64,000 nucleotides of DNA, from NCBI RefSeq assembly GCF_036588685.1, contig NC_086380.1, positions 26,226,001 through 26,290,000 of the forward strand. The letters run 5' to 3'. Shown here piece by piece: positions 1 through 12,300 of this stretch. The notes under the pieces were generated by a model, which was not told the origin of the DNA, searched no databases, and was given only the letters and a program-made list of their open reading frames with translations. Position 1 is the first letter of the stretch. Every line of letters starts with the position of its first letter. Source of the DNA: Mytilus trossulus. Its lineage: Eukaryota. A program made the translations under genes and the position numbers.

Positions 1-1350
1 ATAAAAGGATTATCATGTTGAAGAAATGTGTCCCTGTGAGTTTCAAGTAACAATGGTTTACAACTAGTATATAATTTTTTATAAAACTGTTTTTGCTCAT
101 TTCTAATAGAACTAGGATCTGTTATCTCAGTCTCGTCCTCCAAAATAAGTTTGGGAATAATTTTTTCTGTGTAATGTTTTTTTTCCCAAATTACAAAAAT
201 AGTTACTTCCCTTTTCCCCCTCTACTTGCCATCTTGCCTTAGCTCTTGTAATTATCCCTTTTACATTTTTTTCCCTCAATATTTTTAATTCTAGTTCCAT
301 CCCTTCCCTTTCTTGGTATACTGATGGCAAGTTATTCTCCAAAAGTTTTTCATCTAATAATGATATCTTATATAGTAAATCTTTTTCTTTTTTCTTTTCT
401 TCTTTTTTCTGGAAAGACGAAAAAGAGATAGCAGACTCACGGACTTTCATCTTAATCATATCCCATAAAAGCTGATAGCTTATATTAAACTGTTTATCCT
501 CTGTCTCAATATCAATAGATGGATCAGACTCATATTCTTCAATGACAGTTTTGATGTCCCCTTTTACTTTCTCAATAAATTCAGTTTCCCTTAAAAGACT
601 GTTATTAAATTTCCATGTACCCTTCCCTCTTATCTGACTAGAAAACTTTAAATTAATCGATACAGGAGAATGATCCGATCTATAACTTATTCCTATATCT
701 GATGAAACTACAAATGCTTCTATATCTGATGTAATCATGAAGTAGTCCAAACGACTTTGTTTGTGATTTGGACCCCGCCATGAGTACCTATTATCAAAAG
801 GGTGCTGCTGGCGCCATATATCTAATAGATCTAGTTCATGCATTACCTCATGAATCTTGGCTTTTGACTTGGGGTTGTTTTCACTTCTATAATGTAATGT
901 GTCCATGTCATAGTCTTGAACAACATTCCAATCTCCCACTACTACAATTGACGAATTGCTGTAGCGGGATATTTTCTGTTTTATGTTCTCAAAAACGACT
1001 GGGTCATCATTATTCGGTCCATATATAGCTGCCAAAGTTATACGGTAGTCCTGAATGGTGATATCTAATATAATAAAATTACCCATCAGGTCTATAGTTT
1101 CATCATGAATCTTGAATTCGAAAGTATTTTTGAAAAGAATAGCTACCCCTCTACTTTTACTAGAATAAGAACTAAATTTCCCCACATATCCCCATTCATG
1201 AAGCCATTGTTTTTCTTTTTCAGATGTGCTATGGGTGTCTACTAATATAGTTATATCATATAAGTCCTTATATTTTGTAAATATATCAATTCTTTTAACT
1301 GTTTCTGATAAACCCCTGCAGTTTACGCTACCAATAGTTATATTCGACAT
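1..1350 (-). mobile_element. Tx1/L1-clade LINE ORF2, N-terminal apurinic endonuclease domain; frameshifted near 180 and running off the window start
   Basis: ORF 127..1350 has APE motifs: SVNCRGL, GVAILF, IYGPN, VVGDWN, SRLDYF, SDHSPV. It is followed by the Tx1/L1 linker WKFNNSLL...RAKARW..EGEKGSNYF. Confidence 0.92.
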
Positions 1351-1554
1351 AATATATTAAAGTGGTTAAAAATGAGTAGCATAGATAATATAAATATCTA
1401 CAAGCACTTAAGACTATTATCTAATTATTTCCATTTGTATACATTCATATTAAAATAAACATGTATTGACTGGGTATGAGGGTAAGACTCCTTACTTTCT
1501 TCATATACGATTACTCATTGCTTTCAAACATATACCAACTTAAAATTGTTAGAT

Positions 1555-2890
1555 TGCTAAGTTGCCAAACAACAATTTACTAGATACACACATACATTTG
1601 ATAAGGTATGTGAATGTGTTGCTTTTTTTAAGAATAAAGATGCACATAATAAGTTTGATCAATAGCACATTAACGAATACTTTTCAACACTTTTATTTGG
1701 AGTTTGAATATTCCTTTTTTTTAAAACTTGTTATATATACAAATAGATATGCTAGTGATGTATAATCTACCGAAGTTTCAGTATGATATAATGATGAATA
1801 GAGATACTGTATTAACAGGTGTGTCCTGCACTGTTGTTTGTAATGTATCAGTTATACATATATTACAAGGAAGATGTATTATATATAAATAACGTTTTTC
1901 ATCATAACAATATTATATCAAATAATAAATTATAATATTATCCTATATTGAAGACTATAAATCCCAGTAATGCAATTTGAACTAAGGTTAATAAAAACGT
2001 TCTATAACACTTGAAAACATTACTTTCGTGTTAAAGGATTTACATATTCTTTTGTACTGTGTTGGACATGATTGATCTATATTAACGTGATTCAAATTGA
2101 GAAACAAATCCATAGTCAATAACAGAAAACAAATCGTACAAATACACAACTATTAACTCCTGACATCATCAAACATAATTTAACAAAATATAACACGTTA
2201 TTTTTATTTTATCCTTTTAATAAACATGTGTTTTCTTATCAATATGTATAAATGTGTTATTTCATAACGTAATTACTACAATAATAGTGACACAATATGA
2301 ATTGCTAAACTTAGTCAATCCTCAAATGTTTTATTACACTTGTATGCACAAACCCGAAATCTTTCACCTACTAAGTTGCAAAATAACAACTCACTAGATC
2401 AACAACTACAACGTATAAGGTATACAAATGCGTTGGTCTTATTAGAATAAAGAGTTACATAACATGCATAATGAGTTTGATCTATTACATATTATGGATA
2501 ACTTTTAAAAAATGATATAGTTTGAATATACTAATTTTTTGTTAAATAACCATGAGCATCGAAAGGTTTAAAGATATGCCCAATTTAATATTCCACTGAT
2601 GGTCAATTAAGATGTTGTAGTTTATTTTTATTATGAATAGAAATAATTCATTGATGGATGTGTGTTATACAAACTGTAGCTTTAATGTAACAGTGATTCG
2701 TTGATACAAAGAAAGATTTATTCTACATGAAATGTGTATTTCATCAAATCATGACAATGTCATGGTAAATTATATTGAAGATAATAAAGATATCACTATT
2801 GATAAATCCCAGTTTTGCAATTTTAAATAAGGTTAAACAAACATGGTGTAACGTTAGAAAACACTGCCTTCGTATTTAAGGTTTGACTTA
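1555..2890. repeat. Diverged ~0.8-kb-spaced direct duplication upstream of the L1 ORF2
   Basis: Blocks such as ctaagttgc..aacaa..actagat..ataaggta..agaataaaga..gtttgatc and aaatcccag..tgcaatt..taaggtta..gaaaaca recur at ~1557-2040 and ~2371-2890. Confidence 0.6.
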
Positions 2891-5141
2891 TTCCTAAGCA
2901 GAAATAACAGATGGATTACTTTCTCACACTTATATCAGTGAATTAGTGCGGGTTCTTAAGTAGTATTAATTCGCAATTTTGAGTATAAGGATTTAAAATT
3001 ATGGTTATTTAAGTATGACAGGCAACTTTTAACTCTCATTTCATTAAACTTTTGAATTACCGATAAGTTGAACTGAATAGGCATAAGTAATGCTATTGTT
3101 TTGACTTTACCCTTTTTATATTAAAAATTATAACCCTAATAAATTCTTTAATAAGTATTTTTTGTTTTCTTCCCTCCAAAATAATTTCCTGCTCTAATTT
3201 TCACTATTGTAAGAAGTTACTTTCTGAATTTAGATTGAGTTTTTTTTTCTGTGTCATATACATGAGATACTTTAATTCAGATGTGACTCTTATATACACA
3301 CACTTCTGCGTATACATGAATAGAAAGACGAACAATACAATGTCTTTAAGTTAATGTTTGGTTGGTTGTTTGAGTTGATAATCACAAATCGGAATACACT
3401 GCTGTTTAAAAAGAAATGCGTTAAGTTAGAGAATTTATGAGAAGCTCCATGATTATCACTTACGAATCTTTATACTTCTTACTCATTATTCATTAAAAAG
3501 ACTTCATCAAGCTAACTGTTGCAAGATATATGATTGATCTTTCATGTTGCATAAGGAAACAACCATGCATACTAAAATCGACTTTCCATTCAAATATCAT
3601 GAAAAGTAAATTTAACGGTCAAACGCAATCGAATGCGATATATGGTAATATAAATTTTCTATTTATATGTTGCTAGATATTTTAAAGTGTACAAAATAGT
3701 TAAAAGTTAACTATATAGGTAAACGTATACTAAATATTTGGGTCAATATGCCAAATTGTTTCTCCATAGGCGGTTATGGTAACGTTTTCTTCCGTAGTTA
3801 GGTCCATATCATAATTTTGAATATGTATGAGGTATTTTCACATGTGTGCTTTAATTTTCGGGGTACGAAATGACATTTCTTTTCGTGATACAGCTCCTCT
3901 ATATGTAAACTCTTCTATATCTATAGGTACATCCGAAACTCTTATTTGTATGTAACCGGATGTGACGTACTATGATTTGGGGGTGTTACACCTTAATACT
4001 ACAAATGTATTCATTTACTGGGTCATATGGTTAAATGTTAAAATATACAGAAGAGTAATTTTCTAAACGTTATCACTCGTATTAAAATAGAAATAGATAA
4101 TTGGACAACTAAATTAATTAAGATATAATATGTAAACTCCAACGCTGTGAGGTGGTGAAAAAAAGCAAAATCACGTTCTCTTCATCATGTTCATTGTTTG
4201 CTTTCATGTGACTTGATAAATAATATAAAAAAACAAGCATAATTCAGTAGTAATAAATTGCTTTGAAACGTTTTTGCCTATCATAATTAATGAACTTTCA
4301 ATCATATCATGCTAAATTGAATGGAGAGGCATCAACCTGATATGGGGAAATATTATACAAATAAGAAAATATAATATGTTTGGCCATTTAGATCAACTGA
4401 CAGGGGCACAAATATGTTAGTATGTAGCTGTTTAAAATTAGAACACCAAAATAATAAGCTTTAAAAAATACCAGACATGAAAAAATGTAAAACATTTACA
4501 TAACAAAGAGATAAGGCTATATGGTCAAAATACAAGCAATCCGTATTTCAAACACACGTCTCAATACTTTGCTGATTCATCATGGTGAACGTTTACACCT
4601 CAAAAAGCTTTCTCGCTCTCCATTAACCGATGATGAAGCAGTAATTAACAGGGCATACTAAGCCAACAGAAGTATATCGCTGTTCAAAACTCGTTAATCT
4701 ATGGACAAAAAACAAAATCGGGGAAACAAACTAAAACGGAAATGGACTAAGCATTAGACAAAATCTGATGAAAATAACAAACATAACATCAAAATGAAAT
4801 ACATGAAATTGGGATAGAAAAGTACCGTGACACGTCTTATAGTAATGTGAATTCACATTCAAATATAAGAGAAAACAAACGACACAACGGAAACACAACG
4901 TTAAAATGTTACACACACAGAAACGAACTATAATATAACAATCATGATGGTAATTTTCCTGACTTAATACATGACATTTGTAATCACCGTATTTGCAATG
5001 AACACACAAATTACTTGGCCATTTAAGCGGTTATAATAATCAAACCATATTCAAATGATACCTTTCTGTTACAAACTTTATAAATAATTGCTTATAACAT
5101 GTATAATATATGATACATTATTTCAGTAATTACTGTACTTA

Positions 5142-6344
5142 CTATAGTTCATCCATGAATCCCCAGGGCTTTACTAAATCGGCAGACACGTGATTTGTCG
5201 AATGCTCTGAACACCGATAATCCTCAGATATTAACTCATCAATTCTCTTTCGATTTATGTTAAAGTCCCCATTTTTACATTTGAATGATTTTGTATATGA
5301 TATTTTTAGACTGTATTTTTTTTGGATTGTTTTAAGGAATCTAAATAGGTTTGTTGCCAAATCTCCAAATTCTTGACCGGACATTCGTGTATCCCATACC
5401 TGAAGGGCAACAACATTTGGTCCCTCACAAACCACTAGTTGTTGACAACGAGAAATGTCTAAATCAAATACACCAATCTGACGATACAATGCCTTCCTGT
5501 TAGTACGGGTTCCCTGTTCATGTATAGCACTCACATGATAATGTTTAATGTACCACGCAATAATGTGATTAAAAAAAGCTGGAGGAAGAAACTCAAACTC
5601 TAAGCATAACCAACTAGTAATGTTAACGGTTTGATTTTTGTTCATTAACTTTTTCTTAACTTTGTTAAAAGAGCAGGAGTCCATCATGCATGGCATGTAT
5701 AATGCGTTTGAATCCAATAGCTTCACAATAATATCGAACCGTTTCATAACTTCAAGTAAATGTTTTTCGTTCTCCAAAAACTTCAATTTTGGTTCTTTCC
5801 GGAACAAAAGACGTATTAGTTCGGAAGTCAGTTCCCCAGTTTCTCTTAGTGTTTGCCAGTCATTTGAAAGTTCGATAGAAAATTCTATTTTATCAGATAC
5901 TAGACATCTAAAAGCATCAATCAGCCATTTTGAGTTCAAAATAACATGATCTTTTAAATTTTCCTCATCAAAGTAAATAACTGTTCCGATGTCATTAAAG
6001 TATTGCAAGCATCGTTTAAATTCATCATCATTGTGTAAGCCAATGCTGTCATGTTTTGCAATTGTACGTAAATTCGTAGTTGTATCAATTGGCACTTGAC
6101 TGTTTTTCAATCTTTCTATAACTTGTTGAAATAAAAGCCATTTAAGTGGACAGTCTCTACCCCAATCTTTCATAGTCATAGCAAGGCTAGATATTTCTTT
6201 TCGTATCTCTTCAAACACAATGTCGTCATCTTCAATATTCGAAACAAAATGAATGTTTCTCAAATGTTCTTTTTGCTGTTCTTTCAGAATCTTGCTTAAA
6301 TTCTTTTTGAATTTGTCTTGACGCTTTGCACGTTTGTGTGGGTC
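5142..6344 (-). CDS. Roco terminal exon: end of Roc (G5) and COR domain
   Basis: Acceptor ttacag|GAC; IHFVSN; PLKWLLF; LQYFNDIGTVIYF..LKDHVILNSKWLIDAFRCLV; FEFLPPAFFNH; stop at 5142-5144. Confidence 0.9.
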   Translation of the reverse strand, partial: DPHKRAKRQDKFKKNLSKILKEQQKEHLRNIHFVSNIEDDDIVFEEIRKEISSLAMTMKDWGRDCPLKWLLFQQVIERLKNSQVPIDTTTNLRTIAKHDSIGLHNDDEFKRCLQYFNDIGTVIYFDEENLKDHVILNSKWLIDAFRCLVSDKIEFSIELSNDWQTLRETGELTSELIRLLFRKEPKLKFLENEKHLLEVMKRFDIIVKLLDSNALYMPCMMDSCSFNKVKKKLMNKNQTVNITSWLCLEFEFLPPAFFNHIIAWYIKHYHVSAIHEQGTRTNRKALYRQIGVFDLDISRCQQLVVCEGPNVVALQVWDTRMSGQEFGDLATNLFRFLKTIQKKYSLKISYTKSFKCKNGDFNINRKRIDELISEDYRCSEHSTNHVSADLVKPWGFMDEL

Positions 6345-9300
6345 CTGTAATATACATATGTGATAACTAATATACAATTGTCGTTACTATTATTGGCAAA
6401 TACGTCATTTCAAATTGTATTCTTCTGACTTTTCAGGCTCGTTCAGTCTCGTTAAAATCTCGTTCTTGTTTAGTTCCAAAACATGTGATACAAGTGGAAA
6501 ATATCAATGAATTTTAAAAATATTATAATCAAACATAACGCTGTAAAAAAATTGTGTATTTACAATGAATAAATTTTAAGTAATCCAGTTACGACCATTC
6601 AAGTCTGGATTTATAGCTAAAATTTTGAGAAAATGGGTGATGGATACAAAATATGATTTTACAAGAATCATGTACATCCCATATTATTTTGGTCTTTTCA
6701 AATTTCTTAGATATATATTTTTCAATTAAATTTGATGTATAAGTCTTATTTTCTGAGATGAACTACATGTAAGTCGTCACACACTATAAGCCATTGCATT
6801 TTTGACAGGCATCGCAATATGCGTTATGATCAGACATGGCAATTCAATTCAATGCTACGGATCTATATTAACTCGATTCTTTTTTTAAACAATGACTGAT
6901 TGTAATTTTTTTAATTTATTTTTGGCATATTTTCTTTTGGCAAATTTAATCTTTTTCATCTTTTTTTCTTTCTTTTGTTACTAGTATCAACACAACTTCA
7001 GTTTTATTTTACGTCTTTATGCATTTTAAAAATATCAAGACAATGTATTGTTAGGCAGAACTTTACCTTTATTTTGTCTTCATTTGTACATACAACAATT
7101 ATTGGAGGATCTAATCTGTTTTCCTTTGTCGTTGACCAGTAACAATGAATCGCGTCAAACCAGAATCTGACATACTCTGTAAAGAAAATGGTCGTTCTAC
7201 AATTGAACATACCATCAGCACATACATGAACAAAATCAAGTACTAAATAATTCTGATAAAAAAATCTTCTTTGACATAAGACATGACACATCTGCTAAAA
7301 ATAAAGGGCAACAGTAGAGCAGAACCTTTCTAATTCCAAAATGTAGTCCATGAAAAAAGGGATATAGTGTTTGTTTCAACTAATTATTTTTTTTATCATA
7401 TTATGATGTAATTCTAGCGGTATTTTAAACATTGCTTATGACAGCGATATTTGGCTAGAAAAACTAAGATTGACCTATGATTTTTTTTTCATGAATGTCC
7501 TGTACAAAGTTAGAAATATCGCAATTATTATCTAATAGTGCGGATCTATGTATGTTGCATTGGCGTTTGATTTGTTATACTTCAGCGTATCCGTTTTTCC
7601 GTTGTTTTCCTCTTGCAGTTGATGTGTTTCTCTCGTTTTCAGTTTGTAACACGAATATGTGCTCTCTCATTCGATTTATGAATTTTGAACAGCGTTAAAC
7701 TACTTGTGTCTTTACTAAGCAATTCAGTACTTGACTAAGGCTATCAACCATAAAAAAACACATTGTATTGGCGTCTTTTTATATTTATTTGTATGTTTAT
7801 AAATACCTTTTGTCAGTTGTGTTTTATGTTTGAGATGTAAGTTTGCACAGTTTTAACGGATATATCCCAAGTATTGCCATATTCACCAGTTACATGTATT
7901 ATGTTTTTCCATGTAGCAACCAAATTTTCTCACCCTAACGGAACAAATTTAACTAACTGTAATATATGTTTGAGGTTCAATTAGATTTTAAACTAGGTTT
8001 AACTCGCCAATTTCGACAATTCCTGTACCAAGACATGTATAGGACATTTAATATTCACTCGTTCTCGTAGTTAATGACGTTTATTTCTATGAGTTTTTAA
8101 GGACTTTCTTTTTAAAATTACCTTGTGCCTTTTTTGCAATTCTTCATGAATGAAAAGATTTTATTATGCATTCAGATTTGTTTCTTTTTGAAATTGAAAA
8201 AAAAGAATTAAACTCAATTCCATTTAAGAACTTACGTGCTGTGTCTTGGAAATCAATCCATAATTTTTCAGCACAACTAGACTCTAAACTGTCTGTCACT
8301 AGAAGAAAAACTGCACACTTTGACAGAAAGACTTGATGTGTAGCATAGAAATCTTTCTGACCAGCAAAATCCCACAATGCACAGAACGCCGACATATCAT
8401 GCGAATCATTTGCATTCCGATGAACACATGACTGCATGATGGAATTAGTCATTTGGGCAATATTCTCCTCACTTTGTATATCTCTTTCATTTTCAACTTC
8501 ATTGCTTTTCATTGGATTGTTTTCAAACCTTTTGAATTTATTTGTTCTCGCTCTTTCCTTCCCATCGTTCATCGTGTTTCCGTTTTCTTTACTTTCGTCG
8601 ATAAAATTATTTGTATTTTCCTCTTTTATTTTATCGACAGATGTGTCAAACATGTCGGAACTATCTTCCGTAAAATTACTAATTCCAACGTTAAAACTGC
8701 TTTCAAAAACTTCTGTTTGATCTGTTTTATCTTGACATGACTTTGTACTCATTTCCATTTGTTCGTCATTTGTCATTTTCTTTTGTAGAATGAGTGCCTG
8801 GTGGATGTCTGCTATTGAGTCGTCTGAACTGAAGCTTGAATTCTTTTGACCAAAATAGCTGTCTTCAATATTTTGTTCGGTCGTCTCGTTTTTATTCTCT
8901 TTCTTCTCTGTATACACCTGTTGAATCAATCTGGCTAGATCGTGATCTATCTCTGTGAGAATGATAAAAAATAAGCAATCAATCTTTAGTTTCAGTGTGC
9001 TTTTTTTTCTGTTGCATTACAATGCTGAGGATAATACAGTCCTTGGATGGTGCAAACTTCCCACTAACACCATACACCATAACACCATACACCATACACC
9101 ATTACACCATACACCTTGTACCATTACACCATACACGTTACACCTTTGCACCATACACCTTACACATTACACCATACACCATTACCCATTCTATCTACAC
9201 GATCCAAAATTACCCATAATGCAATTAAATTTCAAAGATTAAGATTATTATTATTGTTTATGTTTACTATTTGAAAAAAACAAAATAAAAAGAACTTCGT

Positions 9301-12300
9301 TTTCAACTAATGAAATGTCGTAAACCATCATTCACACCATTCCCGATCACACGTTACACAATCACACCATACCTCATACACCATTACACCATTCCCCTTA
9401 CACCATACACCATAGCACCATACACCTTACACCATTGCACCATACACCTAACACCATTACACCATACACGTTTTTTTGGGAGTTTACACCATCCAAGGGC
9501 TGTAACTCTAGTGTTGGTGATAAACGAATAAGAAGAAAAAGATGTGATACAAACTTTACTGTTAGTGCTATTATGTGACATTCGTCAGATGTACAGTTGA
9601 TCATTCTATTGTGCTGTGTGTGTGTTATGTTGAAAATCATTTGTAAGTTTTCGTAGTAATACTGCAGTTTACATGTTGAAATGTACTTTTCTTTTATTCA
9701 TTTATGTATTTCTCTGTCCTGCGTGTTCTTGCATTTATTTATACTATATTCCTCTCACGTAATGTTCATTTAAACGGGTTTTTATTAACATTCCCATATA
9801 AGTGGAAGGTTTGGATAGCCATAAAACCAGGTTGAGCCAACCAGTTTCCTTAAAATGTCATATACCTACTCAGTAATATAGCAGTTGTTGTCACCTCGCC
9901 CGTTTCTATATATTTATGCGTTTGTTTTTTTAAAAGTTTATGTTTACCGAGTTTTGTTTCCTCGTAAAGTTGATGTGTTTCCCTAAGTTTTGATTTGTGA
10001 CCCGGATTAGTTTTAAGTTAATCGATTTATGACGATTAAACGGCGGTAATGTATTATTGTCTTTATATACATCGGTATAACATTATTATACGATACCATG
10101 ATATGTGTCGATCACAATACATGACTCAATAGACAGAGATGTTTATGTGGCTTTATTATCGACTGCTATAATTGTATTTTCGTTTTCTTTCATTATCTTC
10201 AGCTTTCAAGAGAAAACATAAATTTTAGTATTAAAGATTGCTTCTCAAATACAAAAAGTTATGAATATTGAAAATATAGAAAAAAAAAGATGGAGCAGAG
10301 CTGCTTTACTTTTTCTCCAAAGCCTTTGATTCCCTAGACTGGGAATTCATGTATCAATCACTAACAAAATTTGGTATTGAAAATTCTATGTTAAGATTTT
10401 AAAACCCTGTATACAAATATCAAGGCATGTATCTCAAACAATGGATGGATTTCAAGCCCACTGAAAAATGTTAGAGGAATTCGCCAAGGATGTCCTTTAA
10501 GCGCCATTTTATTTGTCTTTGCAGTCGAAATATTAGCCTGTATAATAAGAAACGACAATAATCTTAAAGGAATAAATATATAGTTAGATGGAAAAACGCA
10601 CAGTCTAATAATAAGCCTGTTAGCTGATGATACCATGTTGTTTCTCTGCTCTAAAGACGAAATCTCTCAGTCACTTAATATAATTGAAGTATATGGTTCT
10701 CTATCAAGACTTATTTTAAATCGAAGTAAACTTATTTTAAAACTAAAGGATTAGGTTACGGTGAATTAAAACACATTCAGAAAAACTTTGAGAATATTAA
10801 CTGGAGCAAGGAGACTGTTAAAAGCTTAGGTATTCACTTTGGATATAATAAATCTCAATGTATGAATTTAAAAATAGAAAAACAACTTCAAAAATCTGAA
10901 AAAAATTCTTAACTCATGGAAAAAGAATTATCGGAAAAGTAGCTGTTGTGAAATCTCTAGTTATACAAAATATAACATATTTAGCTTATGTAACTGATAT
11001 TGACAAAGATTCACTATTTAAGTTTAAAAAAATGATTTATGAATTCATTTGGGACCATAAAAAAGAAAAAAGTGACAGAAAAACAATTAAAATGAAAAAA
11101 ACTGAGGGAGGACTTGGAATGATAGATATCGACAAGTTTATTGATGCGATAAAAATTAAATGGGCGAAAAGATTAATAGGAGGTGAACAGTCAAATTGGA
11201 AAATTATTCTCACATTATACTTTAATCAATATGGATCAATTTTTTTAATATTTCACATGAATCTGATTAATTTAAAATCAATAAATATAAAAAACAACAA
11301 AATCCCTAATTTTACTTTGAAATACTTAAAACCTGGGTAAAATATGGCGGTGGTCAAACAAATAAACCAGAAAACTTTAGAACCATTAGACAACAAATTA
11401 TATGGGGTAACAAATACATAAAGTTAAATGGGCACAGTTTAGTTTTTAATCATTGGATAAAAGACAACATAATCTATGTCAATGACATAATTGATGACAA
11501 AGGTAAAATATCAAAAGAAAAAATACTCAATAAGTTAAAATGTAAAAGAAATTGGATTGCAAAAATAATACAAATAAGAAAGATAAAATTGACAATGGAA
11601 ATGGGGAATGTGTCAAAGAGACAACAACCCGACCAAATAAAAAACAACAGCAGAAGGTCACCAACAGGTCTTCAATGTAGCTAGAAATTCCCGCACCCGG
11701 AGGCGTCCTTCAGCTGGCCCCTAAACAAATATATACTAGTCAAGTGATAATTAACGCCATACTAATTTCCAAATTGTACACAAGAATTCAAAATAAAATA
11801 AAACAAGACTAACAAAGGCCAGAAAAAAGCTCTTGACTTGGGACAGGCGCAAAAATGCGGCGGGGTTAAACATGTTTGTGAGATCTCCTCCTATACCTCT
11901 AACCGATGTAGAAAAGTGAACATGCCAAATCATTGGAAAGATATATTACAAAAACAAAACTCATCAAAAACTATTGTTATGTGTAAAAAACAACTATTGT
12001 TAAAACAAGGCACAATTATATATGATTTACAAAAAATTAGTAATAAAGATATTTATGTAATCCTATCAAATTTAAGTAAAGATATTCCTATAGGATTTTA
12101 AAAATGAAGGAAAGAACTAAATATAGATAAAATTAACCAAAAATTAAATACACATTAAATCTTATTTTTAATAATTTAGAAGACAAAAAATTAAAAATGG
12201 TTCGATGGAAATTATTACATTATATGTTACATGTACGTACACATCTTTTCACATGGAAAATTAAGAACACCAATTTGTGTTCAGTGTGTGGGGTACCAAA

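Noticed and set aside
8955-9640. His/Thr/Pro-rich ORFs on both strands
   Set aside because: Translations of the (ACACCAT)n arrays inside a MITE.
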